64,000 nucleotides of DNA from Saccharofermentanales bacterium (GTDB lineage Bacteria > Bacillota > Clostridia > Saccharofermentanales > DTU023): NCBI GenBank assembly GCA_050951845.1, contig JBMNJV010000001.1, positions 712,304-776,303 on the forward strand. Reading direction: 5' to 3'. Below are positions 42,230-51,599 of the stretch, one piece after another. The notes under the pieces were generated by a model. That model did no database searches and had not been told where the DNA came from. It was given only the letters and a program-made list of their open reading frames with translations. Numbering within the stretch: the stretch's first letter is position 1; each line of letters opens with the position of its first letter. Made by a program: the position numbers and the translations under genes.

Positions 42230-43821
42230 ACGGATTATTTTTGCAGATTGTCAAGATGAGTCTGTCGGCAACCTGGCTGATCCTGGCCGTACTGATCCTC
42301 AGACTTGTTTTTAAGAAAGCCCCTAAGTGGATTAATGTTCTGCTTTGGGGGATCGTAGCTGTCAGATTGATTTGTCCGCTCTCGATAGAAAGTCCTGTTT
42401 CTCTGATTCCTGAATTTGCCGGAAGTGACAAATTAGTATCGGAGTGGACGGACGATTATATTGAAGATGTAAGTATTATTCACGATAATTCTCTCGATTA
42501 TGATGCTGCAGTAACAGCCGGAAGAGAGCCGATATCAGATGGCAGCGGCGGCTATTATGTAATAACTAAATACGATCAGTTGGACGAGCCTTCTACTGTC
42601 GAGAATACCGTTGTGCCTGTTTTATCATATATTTGGGTGAGCGGTGTAGTTATTTTATTTTTATATACTGTTATCAGTTACTTGAAGCTGCGCCGCAAGC
42701 TTGATACAGCTGTTCTTTATCAGGACAACATTTATCAAAGTGAGCATGTCAGCTCGCCATTTGTTATGGGTATCATTAAGCCGAGAATTTATCTGCCATT
42801 TAAACTTGATGGACAGAATATGGAATACGTTGTCGCCCATGAAATGATGCATATCCGCTATAAAGACAATTGGTGGAAGCTGATCGGTTTCTTATTATTT
42901 ATGATTCATTGGTTCAATCCTCTGGTGTTATTAGCCTATGTATTGCTGTGCCGTGATATTGAGCTTGTCTGTGATGAAAGGGTTATTAAGAAACTTAATA
43001 ATGAACAGAGAGCCGATTACACTCAGGCACTTGTAAATTGTAGTGTAAATCATCGGGTAAATCGTCGTGTGGTCAGCACTTACCCTCTTGCATTTGGCGA
43101 GCTTGGTGTAAAGGAAAGAGTGAAGTCTGTAATGAATTATAAGAAGCCTGCATTTTGGATTATTATTCCGGCAGTTGTTGTCTGCATAGTTGTTGCAGTT
43201 TGCTTCCTGACAAATCCACCTGCCAAAGAAGCTGTTCCACCTGCTCCACCTGATATGGAAGCTGACTCATCTTTCCTTCCCGATACACAGTCCAAAGTTT
43301 TTCAAGCCAGAATACTTGATATTTATGACGAACTATTTCTTGTTGAGCCGGTGCAAGGAAGTTCGGAACTTAATAGCGCAGACCAAATTGAAATCCCTAT
43401 GAAAAATATGGACCCTTCGCGGGAACCTCTGGTTGGAGATTTGATTGAAATCTCATATAGCGGAGAAATACTTGAAACATATCCGGCACGACTGAATGAT
43501 GTTTTTAACATTAAAGCTATTGACGAAACAAATAAGCTTTCTTTGAATGATGTAATTGTTCTTTCTCAATATGGATACGATTTGACTTGGTCTGATTTTG
43601 AGCAATACGCTTACACTGAAAAAGGTTCAGGTTTATATATTCGAGTGTACGAAATTGATGAAGTTTTTTCTCTGTGGATCGGCGGCGGTCAACTTGATAA
43701 AGATCCGATGTATATATATCTGACTTTAACCGATGACTCAGACACACGAATCGACATTCGTGACGGCGGAGTAACAGAGTTTATTTCTGAACATACATCT
43801 GCTTCAACTGAATCTGATTGA
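42226..43821 (+). CDS. BlaR1/MecR1-type M56 peptidase signal transducer with a non-PBP extracellular domain
   Basis: HEMMH zinc motif in a polytopic N-terminal half. The ~200-aa C-terminal domain has no SxxK motif. Confidence 0.8.
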   Translation: MNGLFLQIVKMSLSATWLILAVLILRLVFKKAPKWINVLLWGIVAVRLICPLSIESPVSLIPEFAGSDKLVSEWTDDYIEDVSIIHDNSLDYDAAVTAGREPISDGSGGYYVITKYDQLDEPSTVENTVVPVLSYIWVSGVVILFLYTVISYLKLRRKLDTAVLYQDNIYQSEHVSSPFVMGIIKPRIYLPFKLDGQNMEYVVAHEMMHIRYKDNWWKLIGFLLFMIHWFNPLVLLAYVLLCRDIELVCDERVIKKLNNEQRADYTQALVNCSVNHRVNRRVVSTYPLAFGELGVKERVKSVMNYKKPAFWIIIPAVVVCIVVAVCFLTNPPAKEAVPPAPPDMEADSSFLPDTQSKVFQARILDIYDELFLVEPVQGSSELNSADQIEIPMKNMDPSREPLVGDLIEISYSGEILETYPARLNDVFNIKAIDETNKLSLNDVIVLSQYGYDLTWSDFEQYAYTEKGSGLYIRVYEIDEVFSLWIGGGQLDKDPMYIYLTLTDDSDTRIDIRDGGVTEFISEHTSASTESD

Positions 43822-43928
43822 AAAGGTAGAAAAAGAAAATGCTTATGTTTATACAGAGGATGGGTTAGAAGATAAGGTAGAGGAAAAGTCAGATTAAAAT
43901 TTCAGCAAAATATTTAATAGATTAGTGG

Positions 43929-44260
43929 GTGTCAAAAACTGCGGCTGTGCGGATTGTGATTTGCAGCACCGTAAATTTTGGCACAGTTCGGGCAAAAAAC
44001 ACCTGTAAACTAAGCCTGAGGTGTCAAAAATGCCGGCTCTGCAAATAGAAATCCGCAGGACTGTAAATTTTGACACAGTTCGGGCAAAAAACACCTGTAA
44101 ACTAAGCCTGAGGTGTCAAAAATGCCGGCTCTGCAAATCGAAATCCGCAGGACTGTAAATTTTGGCACAGCCTGAGCAAAAAAGACCTGTAAACTAAGCC
44201 TGAGGTGTCAAAAATGCCGGCTCTGCAAATCGAAATCCGCAGGACTGTAAATTTTGACAC
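43929..44260. repeat. 92-bp tandem repeat x ~3.6, each unit carrying a 56-nt hairpin-forming segment
   Basis: GTGTC recurs at 43929, 44021, 44113 and 44205. The arms are GTGTCAAAA and TTTTGACAC (TTTTGGCAC in copies 1 and 3). The unit interiors are the same in copies 2-4, so this is not a CRISPR array. Confidence 0.9.
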
Positions 44261-44809
44261 AACCCCTTATATTTTAACAGATTGTTTTTCTGATTTTTTC
44301 ATAGAATTAACAAATTCCGGAATCACGGACAGCTAAAACAACTTAGATTCTGTTTCTGTTTTTAACTCTGATTAAAGTTCTTTAACATGTTGACCTGCGT
44401 TGCAAATAAATCCGCTCAGCTGACAATGCATTGTGATGAACTCATTGCCATGGTTGATTTTTCCGGTATTAGCCATACGGCTAATACCCTAACTGTAAGC
44501 TGTTTCTCTGATTTTTAAGAATTAGACTTTCGGTCAATAGACATGTATTGAGGAAAGAATAGAATTAAGGTATCAGAATTGAAATAAAAAGGCTTCTTTC
44601 AGCTTTATGCTGTAAGGATCTCTGCTTTAACAAAAGGAGTGACAGAAAGGAGTTATATAGGAGTTATATAAATGATAATGAAAAGATTTATTCATATAGT
44701 ATTGACACCGGTTCTGATCAGTCTTGCCGCTTGGGTAAAGGAAAAAACTCACAAGATTATTTGTCATCAGCTTCTAAAGTAGTATTAAGTAGTATTAATA
44801 GGAGGGAAA

Positions 44810-47095
44810 ATGAAAAAAACAATCAAATTATTCTCGATTCTTCTGGCATTGGTAATGTTTGCAGCATTAGCAACACAACTATATCAGCCGGTATTTGCAA
44901 CAAACGCAGATGATGCTGCTGTTTTAAGCACAGAAAATCAAGCATCTGTTACTGAAGAAGCAGCTGTGGCAGCAACAGAAGAAGAAGAAACAGAAAAAGG
45001 AAAAGAAGAAGCAGCTGCAAGTGATCAGCTATTAAATGAAGCTTTAACGCTTACGGAAGACGACAGTAATTCTTCAACGAAAGACACAAAAGAGAAAGGT
45101 GTTCCTGTAGCAGATGAAGTTAATGTTACAGCAACAGATCAACTTACAAAAGAAGTACCGGTCAGTAATAATCAGGCAAGGTCCATGGAGGTTATGGCAC
45201 AACCGAAGTCATCAGGTGTACGAATAGATGCAACTAACTTTCCTGATGCTAATTTCAGAGAACATGTCAGGCAATATGACGAAGACGAAGACGGAATACT
45301 GCAGCAAACTGAATTAGATGCTGTGGCAACCATGAATTGTAGTAGCTGGGAATGGGAAGCTATTACAAATCTAACAGGAATAGAGCACTTTACTAAGCTG
45401 ACAGAATTGATTTGCTCAGACAATCAACTTAGTACCTTTGACGTAAGCAAGAACACCGGACTGAAAAAGTTGACTTGCGATGCCTGCCAACTCGTTTCTC
45501 TTGATTTAAGTAAAAATACTGAGTTGGAAATGCTGAAATGCAACTCCAACCAATTGACTTCTCTTGATCTGAGTAAGAACACGAAGTTAACAGAATTGGA
45601 TTGTTCGTACAACTCACTCACTTCCTTAAACGTGAGCAAGAGCACCGGACTGAAAAATTTGAATTGCAATACCAACCAACTTGTTTCACTGGATCTAAGT
45701 AGCAACCCTGAGTTGGAAGTGCTGAACTGTGGATACAATCAACTCACTTCCCTTGATGTGAGTCAGAGCACTAATTTAAAAGAAATGTATATTGTTGAAA
45801 ACCAACTTACTAATCTTGATCTGAGTCGGAGCACTTTATTAGAAAACTTGAATTGCGCCTATAACCAGCTCACTGCTCTTAATCTGAGCAGAAATACCGA
45901 GTTAGCTGACTTGGTGTGCAATAACAACCAACTCACTTCTCTTGATCTGAGTCAGAATACTAAATTAATCAGTTTGTTTTGCAATGTAAACAACCTCACT
46001 TCCCTTAATTTAACCAACAATGATGTGTTGGAAATACTGAGATGTGACACCAATCAACTCAAATTACTTGATCTGAGTAAGAGTGCTCAGTTGAAGGAGT
46101 TGCACTGCAATTTAAACCAACTGACTTCCCTTGATATGAGTAATAATGCACTGTTAGAAACTTTGAGCTGCGGTGGCAACCAACTAACTTTTCTTGATGT
46201 GAGCAAAAATGCTAAGTTAGAATTTTTGAGCTGCTCCGGAAACCAACTTACTTCTCTTGATTTAGGAAATTGCGTTATGTTGCAATCTTTATTTTGCCAA
46301 AACAATCAACTTGCCTTTCTTGACTTAAGTAAGAATGTGAATTTAAGCGGGTGGGAAGGTCAGAGTGTAAATTACGACGTGAATATCAATGGCCAAGTTT
46401 CTTCTAAGACTCTGGCATCCAAACTTCATGACAACATCTATAAGGTTGATCTCTCTGAAATTCCGGGTATCAATATTGCAAACATTACTGATATCAGACA
46501 GTCAGGTGGAACTAATCTTCCTGAAAGTGCCAGCTATGATCCTGCTACCGGAATTTTAAGCATCAGATCTTCTGAAAAAATAGATGGTATTTCTTATGAC
46601 TATAATGTAAATCATCCTAGAGTTGGATCGTTAAGAATGGATGTCACGTTTAAGATATCCTACGATTCGGCTACACCGGAAAAGCCGACTGAAACGACTA
46701 AGCCGACTGAAACAACCAAACCGACAGGAACGACCAAACCGACTGAAACGACCAAGCCGACAGGAATAACCAAGCCGACCGAAACAACCAAACCGACAGA
46801 AACAACCAAGCCGACAGAAACAACCAAGCCGACAGGGACGACTAAGCCGACAGGGACGACTAAGCCGACCGAAACAACCAAGCCGACAGGAACGACCAAG
46901 CCGACAGAAACAACCACTCCGACAGAGACAATTAAAGTAACGGGAACAACGACACCGACCTCCAATCAGAATCAGGCTATGCCGAGTACAGGCGAGAATA
47001 TTGGAAACTATCTGTGGGCAAGTTTACTGCTCTTAATTGCAGGCGGGTTACTGTTAATTCTGCGCAAGAGAAGAATATCGAAGAAAAAAGATTAG
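44810..47095 (+). CDS. Internalin-like LRR surface protein with a sortase sorting signal (MPSTG)
   Basis: Signal peptide. 15 x 22-aa LRRs (NQLTSLDLSKNT..L..L.C, about 45390-46345). (TTKPTE) x ~13 stalk at 46684-46930. MPSTG at 46979-46993, then a hydrophobic stretch and an RKRRISKKKD tail. Confidence 0.9.
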   Translation: MKKTIKLFSILLALVMFAALATQLYQPVFATNADDAAVLSTENQASVTEEAAVAATEEEETEKGKEEAAASDQLLNEALTLTEDDSNSSTKDTKEKGVPVADEVNVTATDQLTKEVPVSNNQARSMEVMAQPKSSGVRIDATNFPDANFREHVRQYDEDEDGILQQTELDAVATMNCSSWEWEAITNLTGIEHFTKLTELICSDNQLSTFDVSKNTGLKKLTCDACQLVSLDLSKNTELEMLKCNSNQLTSLDLSKNTKLTELDCSYNSLTSLNVSKSTGLKNLNCNTNQLVSLDLSSNPELEVLNCGYNQLTSLDVSQSTNLKEMYIVENQLTNLDLSRSTLLENLNCAYNQLTALNLSRNTELADLVCNNNQLTSLDLSQNTKLISLFCNVNNLTSLNLTNNDVLEILRCDTNQLKLLDLSKSAQLKELHCNLNQLTSLDMSNNALLETLSCGGNQLTFLDVSKNAKLEFLSCSGNQLTSLDLGNCVMLQSLFCQNNQLAFLDLSKNVNLSGWEGQSVNYDVNINGQVSSKTLASKLHDNIYKVDLSEIPGINIANITDIRQSGGTNLPESASYDPATGILSIRSSEKIDGISYDYNVNHPRVGSLRMDVTFKISYDSATPEKPTETTKPTETTKPTGTTKPTETTKPTGITKPTETTKPTETTKPTETTKPTGTTKPTGTTKPTETTKPTGTTKPTETTTPTETIKVTGTTTPTSNQNQAMPSTGENIGNYLWASLLLLIAGGLLLILRKRRISKKKD

Positions 47096-47127
47096 ATTAA
47101 AGTCCGTTAAGATCGGAAATTAATAAT

Positions 47128-47164
47128 GGGGGCTGTTTCAAAAAACAAGACAGCCCCTTTTTTC
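47128..47164 (+). terminator. Rho-independent terminator of the LRR gene
   Basis: Stem GGGGCTGT (47129-47136) and ACAGCCCC (47150-47157), then T7. Confidence 0.8.
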
Positions 47165-47665
47165 TCTGTTTTGATATAAATTCTGTTTTGAAATAAATAA
47201 AGAGATTATTAATAATAATCCTTTTATTTGCCATTAATAAGGAGTAAAGCTTATACTAATTCCCCTAATAACTTGTTCCTGTCAAGTGTTTATTGTGCAT
47301 TTACACAATAAATCAAGCAGAGACTAGATCTTTGCCTAAAGGGAAACATGTTAGACTACAAACAAGAACTTAGGATTAAATCAGAATGATACCTCATTCT
47401 ATAGTATTGAATCAGGTAGCGGACCTGAAGAGATTTGGTCAGTTATGCTTTATCTGTAAGAACCATGTGTCAGCTAGCGGCAGGTTCGTAAACGAGTAAC
47501 TTTTAAGCAGGAAACGTTTTCAGTTCTAAATGTATTCAAATGTGTTCAAACAAGTCTTAAAAAAGGACCGACTGTCAGAAGCCAAAAGTGATTTTAAGGA
47601 ACAAATTAGTCGGTAATCAGTCAAAAAGTCAAAAAACAGACAACTTTATTCTAGGAGGAAATATC

Positions 47666-48463
47666 ATGTTATTAAAAGACAAAGTTATATTTGTGACAGG
47701 TAGTGCCACAGGTTTAGGTCAAGGTTTTGCCATAGCTTTTGCCAAGGAGGGTGCAAAAGTTGTTATAAACACCTCTAAAAACAAAGAAGGTTTAGCTGAA
47801 ACTGAGAGAATCATCAAGGAAAACGGCGGCGAGGTCTTAAGTTTAATCGGTGACGTTTCGGATAAGGCAACAACTGAATCCATGATTGCAAAAACAATTG
47901 AACGTTTCGGCACAATTGATGTTGTAGTCAACAATGCTGCAGTCTTGGCGGATTTCAAAGCTTCTTTGGACATTACTGAAGAAGAATGGGATAGAATTAT
48001 GGCTGTAAACCTCAAAGGTGTATATTTAATGACAAATGCCGCTTTACCCCATATGTTGAATAAAGGTAAAGGAACCTTTATCAATATATCTTCAATTGGC
48101 GGCTCTGTTTCAGGCGTAGGTGATGATGCCTACATCACATCGAAACATGCTGTTATCGGATATACCAAGCAAATCGCATATAACTATTCCCAATATGGTA
48201 TTCGCGCGTTAACTCTCAGTCCGGGCTTAACGGATACGCCTATGGTTAATTACGTCATAGAGTCAGGCCGCAGAGAAGCTGTTCGTCAGGTAGCCAATAC
48301 ACCAACCGGGGAAATTGGTACTGTTGAAGATGTAGCTAATTTAGCTGTATTTTTAGCAAGTGATAAAGCCAAACGTATTAATGCCGGAGATTATAAGGTT
48401 GATGGCGGACAACATATCGGAGCTGATTTGGAGCGTAACGGCGGCGTAAAATTAACTTGGTAA
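47666..48463 (+). CDS. SDR family oxidoreductase (FabG-like)
   Basis: TGSATGLGQG cofactor motif, NNAA, YITSKHAV (YxxxK). ATG 47666 follows AGGAGG. Confidence 0.85.
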   Translation: MLLKDKVIFVTGSATGLGQGFAIAFAKEGAKVVINTSKNKEGLAETERIIKENGGEVLSLIGDVSDKATTESMIAKTIERFGTIDVVVNNAAVLADFKASLDITEEEWDRIMAVNLKGVYLMTNAALPHMLNKGKGTFINISSIGGSVSGVGDDAYITSKHAVIGYTKQIAYNYSQYGIRALTLSPGLTDTPMVNYVIESGRREAVRQVANTPTGEIGTVEDVANLAVFLASDKAKRINAGDYKVDGGQHIGADLERNGGVKLTW

Positions 48464-48480
48464 CAGATGATTTATAAATC

Positions 48481-48505
48481 AGAGATTGCCTATCAGGCAA
48501 TCTCT
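48481..48505 (+). terminator. 11-bp-stem hairpin after the SDR gene
   Basis: AGAGATTGCCT, loop atc, AGGCAATCTCT. The T-run is weak. Confidence 0.45.
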
Positions 48506-48558
48506 TCATTTAGAGCGAAAGTGCTGCCGGTAATTGTCCCTTGCAGCGACTGGACAAG

Positions 48559-48581
48559 CCACCGGCTCAGCCGGTGGTTTT
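48559..48581 (+). terminator. Second hairpin with a T-run just upstream of the amidohydrolase gene
   Basis: CCACCGG, loop ctcag, CCGGTGG, then TTTT. It could be a terminator or an attenuator. Confidence 0.45.
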
Positions 48582-48604
48582 GATCTCAAAAAAGGGAGGA
48601 AACA

Positions 48605-49870
48605 ATGGATAATTTATTAATTAAAAATGCCAACATTGTTGATGGTGAATCCAAAAAAGATATTTTAATTAAAGATGGAATCATTAAGAAAATAGGCAAT
48701 CAATTAAAAAACGAAGGAGAATATTCCGAAATAGATGCAGCGGGGCGTGTTGTTCTACCTACTTTAATCGAAGGTCATATCCATCCTGACAAAGCATTTT
48801 TAGAAGAAAGGATGCCGAATCAATCAGGTACTTTAGAAGAAGCCTTAAAAAACACTGCAGAATTGAAGAGTAAATATACCTATGATGATGTTTACGAACG
48901 TTCTGAAAGAGTTTTACGCAGATGTATCCGAAACGGTGTGACTATTATGCGGGCACAGCCGGATGTAGACCCTTTTGAAAAAACTTTAGGCGTAAAGGTT
49001 TTACTGGATCTCAGAGAGAAGTATAAAGATGTATTGGATATGGAGATTGTTGCTTTCCCGCAAGAAGGATTTATTCGACATCCGGAAGTTTATGACATGC
49101 TGATTGAATCTATCGAAATGGGGGCGGATGTTATTGGCGGATGCCCTTATGGTGAAGATACGATGGAGCAAACAGTCGAACAATTAAAGAAAGTGTTTGA
49201 TATAGCTGAAAAGTATAATTTACCTGTCGATATGCATGCCGACTTCGGCACCAATGTGGATGATCCGCAAAACAATGTAATCGAATTGATCTGTGATCTG
49301 ACAATTGAAAGAGGATATCAGGGCAGAGTAGCATTGGGACACGTTACAACCTTAGGCTCTTTAGATCCGGAAGTTGCTGCTCCCATATTTGATAAAATTG
49401 CAGAAGCGGGTATTACGATTATTCCTTTGCCTGCCACAGATTTGTTTATGACCGGAGCCGATCATGAAAAAAACAAACCGCGCGGCATGGCACCTGTAAA
49501 AAGAATGTTGAAACACGGTGTAAACGTAGTTACTTCCACCAATAATATCAGAAATGCATTTACTCCGTTTAATGATGCCAATTTACTGACCATAGGTTAC
49601 TTATTACAGGTAACTCAGCAAATGGGATCAGCTGCCGAGCGGAAAGCCGTTGTGGATATGATTACCTATAATACGGCCAAATGCCTTGGAATTACTGACA
49701 GTTATGGTCTGCAAGAAGGAAAAAATGCCGATATCGTAATATTTGATTCTTATGACATAAGTAATTTATTCAATGACAGACCATTACTTACTCATGTTAT
49801 CAAACGTGGGAAAGTTATAGTCAAAAACACGTTGACAAGTGAAGTAGAGGCAATTTTGCTGGAAGAATAA
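48605..49870 (+). CDS. CodA-like amidohydrolase-superfamily protein with non-canonical active-site residues
   Basis: Aligns by eye along its whole length with E. coli cytosine deaminase (HIH, AFPQEG, H211, H246). It has F214 where CodA has E217, and N313 where CodA has D313. Confidence 0.75.
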   Translation: MDNLLIKNANIVDGESKKDILIKDGIIKKIGNQLKNEGEYSEIDAAGRVVLPTLIEGHIHPDKAFLEERMPNQSGTLEEALKNTAELKSKYTYDDVYERSERVLRRCIRNGVTIMRAQPDVDPFEKTLGVKVLLDLREKYKDVLDMEIVAFPQEGFIRHPEVYDMLIESIEMGADVIGGCPYGEDTMEQTVEQLKKVFDIAEKYNLPVDMHADFGTNVDDPQNNVIELICDLTIERGYQGRVALGHVTTLGSLDPEVAAPIFDKIAEAGITIIPLPATDLFMTGADHEKNKPRGMAPVKRMLKHGVNVVTSTNNIRNAFTPFNDANLLTIGYLLQVTQQMGSAAERKAVVDMITYNTAKCLGITDSYGLQEGKNADIVIFDSYDISNLFNDRPLLTHVIKRGKVIVKNTLTSEVEAILLEE

Positions 49871-50132
49871 TCATAAATATTCTGCAAATAAATTATTCCA
49901 ATATTTAAATAAGTATGAGTCCGGCAGCAGGTTGAGACAAAAAAGAGAATTTTGAAATGTAAATAACTTTACAGTTGAGATCATGCTGCCGGATTTCGAT
50001 TTCGTTCTCAAAACGATGAATATTTCCAATTTTCATAATGAAATGGAACCTGCCTTTAAGGCGGGTCTGGTTCAGGTGGCTTGAAATATGTCGGAGGTAT
50101 TTTCGTTTCCGGAAGCAGAAGGAGGATAAATC

Positions 50133-51599
50133 ATGATGGATAATAAAATTGTGGATGTTTCCGAAAAACAATTAAAACAATATATAGAAAACGGATACAA
50201 TGAGGACATTGTACCAAAGCCGGTAAAAGATAGAAATTGGACTACGAAGAATTTCTTTACTCAGTGGATGGGTGTAATCCACAACATACCTAATTATATT
50301 GCTGTTCTGGGCTTCTTATTATTAGGTTTAAAACCGGTTGATGTTGTAATAGCAATAGCTTTAGCGGGAATTACTACAGGAGTTTTCTTTTCCTTAAATG
50401 GCAGAGCAGGTGCAAAATACGGGATTCCTTTCTCTATGCACCTCCGTTCCGTCTATGGGGTCACCGGTTCAAAATTACCGGGATTTCTCAGAGGGGTAAT
50501 ATCCGCTACTGCGTGGTTTGGTGTTCAAACCTACATAGGGGCAACTGTGCTGACGATCTTAATATCTCAGATATGGCCCGGTTATGCCTTAATCGGAGGC
50601 GGTGCAGTGATTTTGGGAATTTCCGTCCCGGATTTAATCAGTTTCACGATCTTTTGGGCAGCTAATATGGTTATAGGTTTGAGCGGCGGAGATATTTTGA
50701 ATAAATTCACTACTATATTAACTCCGATTATTCACATCGTTTTTGCTGCTATGACCGTTTGGGCAATACGTGTAGGCGGAGGCTTGGGCAATATTTTTGC
50801 TACGGTTTTATCTGAGAAAAAGACCGTTAATCCGGTATTCGGCTATTTTATAGTTATAGCTGCCGTAATAGGTGTCATGGCTGCTCCCGGAGTGAGTGTC
50901 GGTGATTTTACCAGAAATGCCAAAAGTCAAAAAGATCAAAGCAACGGTCAGATAATCGGACTGGGACTCGGCTATTTGGTTTTCGGTTTTATGGCTGTTG
51001 CAGTGACGGTCGGAGGCAGTATTCATTTCGGTGTTCCCAGTGCCGGTGGCGGCATACTGGATTTTGTCAAGCAATGGGATAATGTCCCGACAGTAGTCGT
51101 TACAACATTGGTATTTCTTTTAATAACAATCTCTACCAATGCTGCAACAAACATGGTGCCGGCAGGTCTTCAACTAGCCTCTTTGTTCCCCAAGAAAATT
51201 AATAATCGTACAGGGGTGTTGATTTCAGGTATCTTGGGATTTTTAATTCAACCCTGGCGTCTGATGGCCGGAGAGAGCGGCATCATGGTGTTTTTGAATA
51301 TCATCGGAGCGTTATTGGGGCCGATAGCCGGTGTCATGCTGACAGAGTACTTAATAGCGAAAAAAGAAGAGATTAAGCTGGATGATCTTTATGCCGATGT
51401 TAAAGATTCAAATGCAGCAAGTAGCTACAGCGGTATTAATATTCGTGCATATATTGCTACGCTTGTGGGCCTGGCCATATCTATGTCGGGTAATATTATA
51501 CCGGTTCTTCAGCCGTTATCAGACATTGCCTGGATCACGGGAACCATAAGCGGAGCCGTTATTTATTTAATTTTAATTAAGAGTATGCCGAAGAAATAA
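50133..51599 (+). CDS. NCS1 family nucleobase/hydantoin-type cation symporter
   Basis: 488 aa, 12 TM. N-terminal DIVPKPVKDRNWTTKNFFTQW is typical of cytosine/allantoin/hydantoin permeases. Confidence 0.8.
   Translation: MMDNKIVDVSEKQLKQYIENGYNEDIVPKPVKDRNWTTKNFFTQWMGVIHNIPNYIAVLGFLLLGLKPVDVVIAIALAGITTGVFFSLNGRAGAKYGIPFSMHLRSVYGVTGSKLPGFLRGVISATAWFGVQTYIGATVLTILISQIWPGYALIGGGAVILGISVPDLISFTIFWAANMVIGLSGGDILNKFTTILTPIIHIVFAAMTVWAIRVGGGLGNIFATVLSEKKTVNPVFGYFIVIAAVIGVMAAPGVSVGDFTRNAKSQKDQSNGQIIGLGLGYLVFGFMAVAVTVGGSIHFGVPSAGGGILDFVKQWDNVPTVVVTTLVFLLITISTNAATNMVPAGLQLASLFPKKINNRTGVLISGILGFLIQPWRLMAGESGIMVFLNIIGALLGPIAGVMLTEYLIAKKEEIKLDDLYADVKDSNAASSYSGINIRAYIATLVGLAISMSGNIIPVLQPLSDIAWITGTISGAVIYLILIKSMPKK

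Noticed and set aside
43894-44260. A possible CRISPR array or a 66-aa ORF (43894-44094) in the 92-bp repeat region.
   Set aside because: The spacer-equivalent parts are the same in copies 2-4 and no cas genes are present, so it is not CRISPR. The ORF is just a repeat read-through without an RBS.
49905-50171. An 88-aa minus-strand ORF spanning the amidohydrolase-permease spacer.
   Set aside because: It has no RBS and an odd composition, and it overlaps the permease start. The region is better explained as a structured leader.
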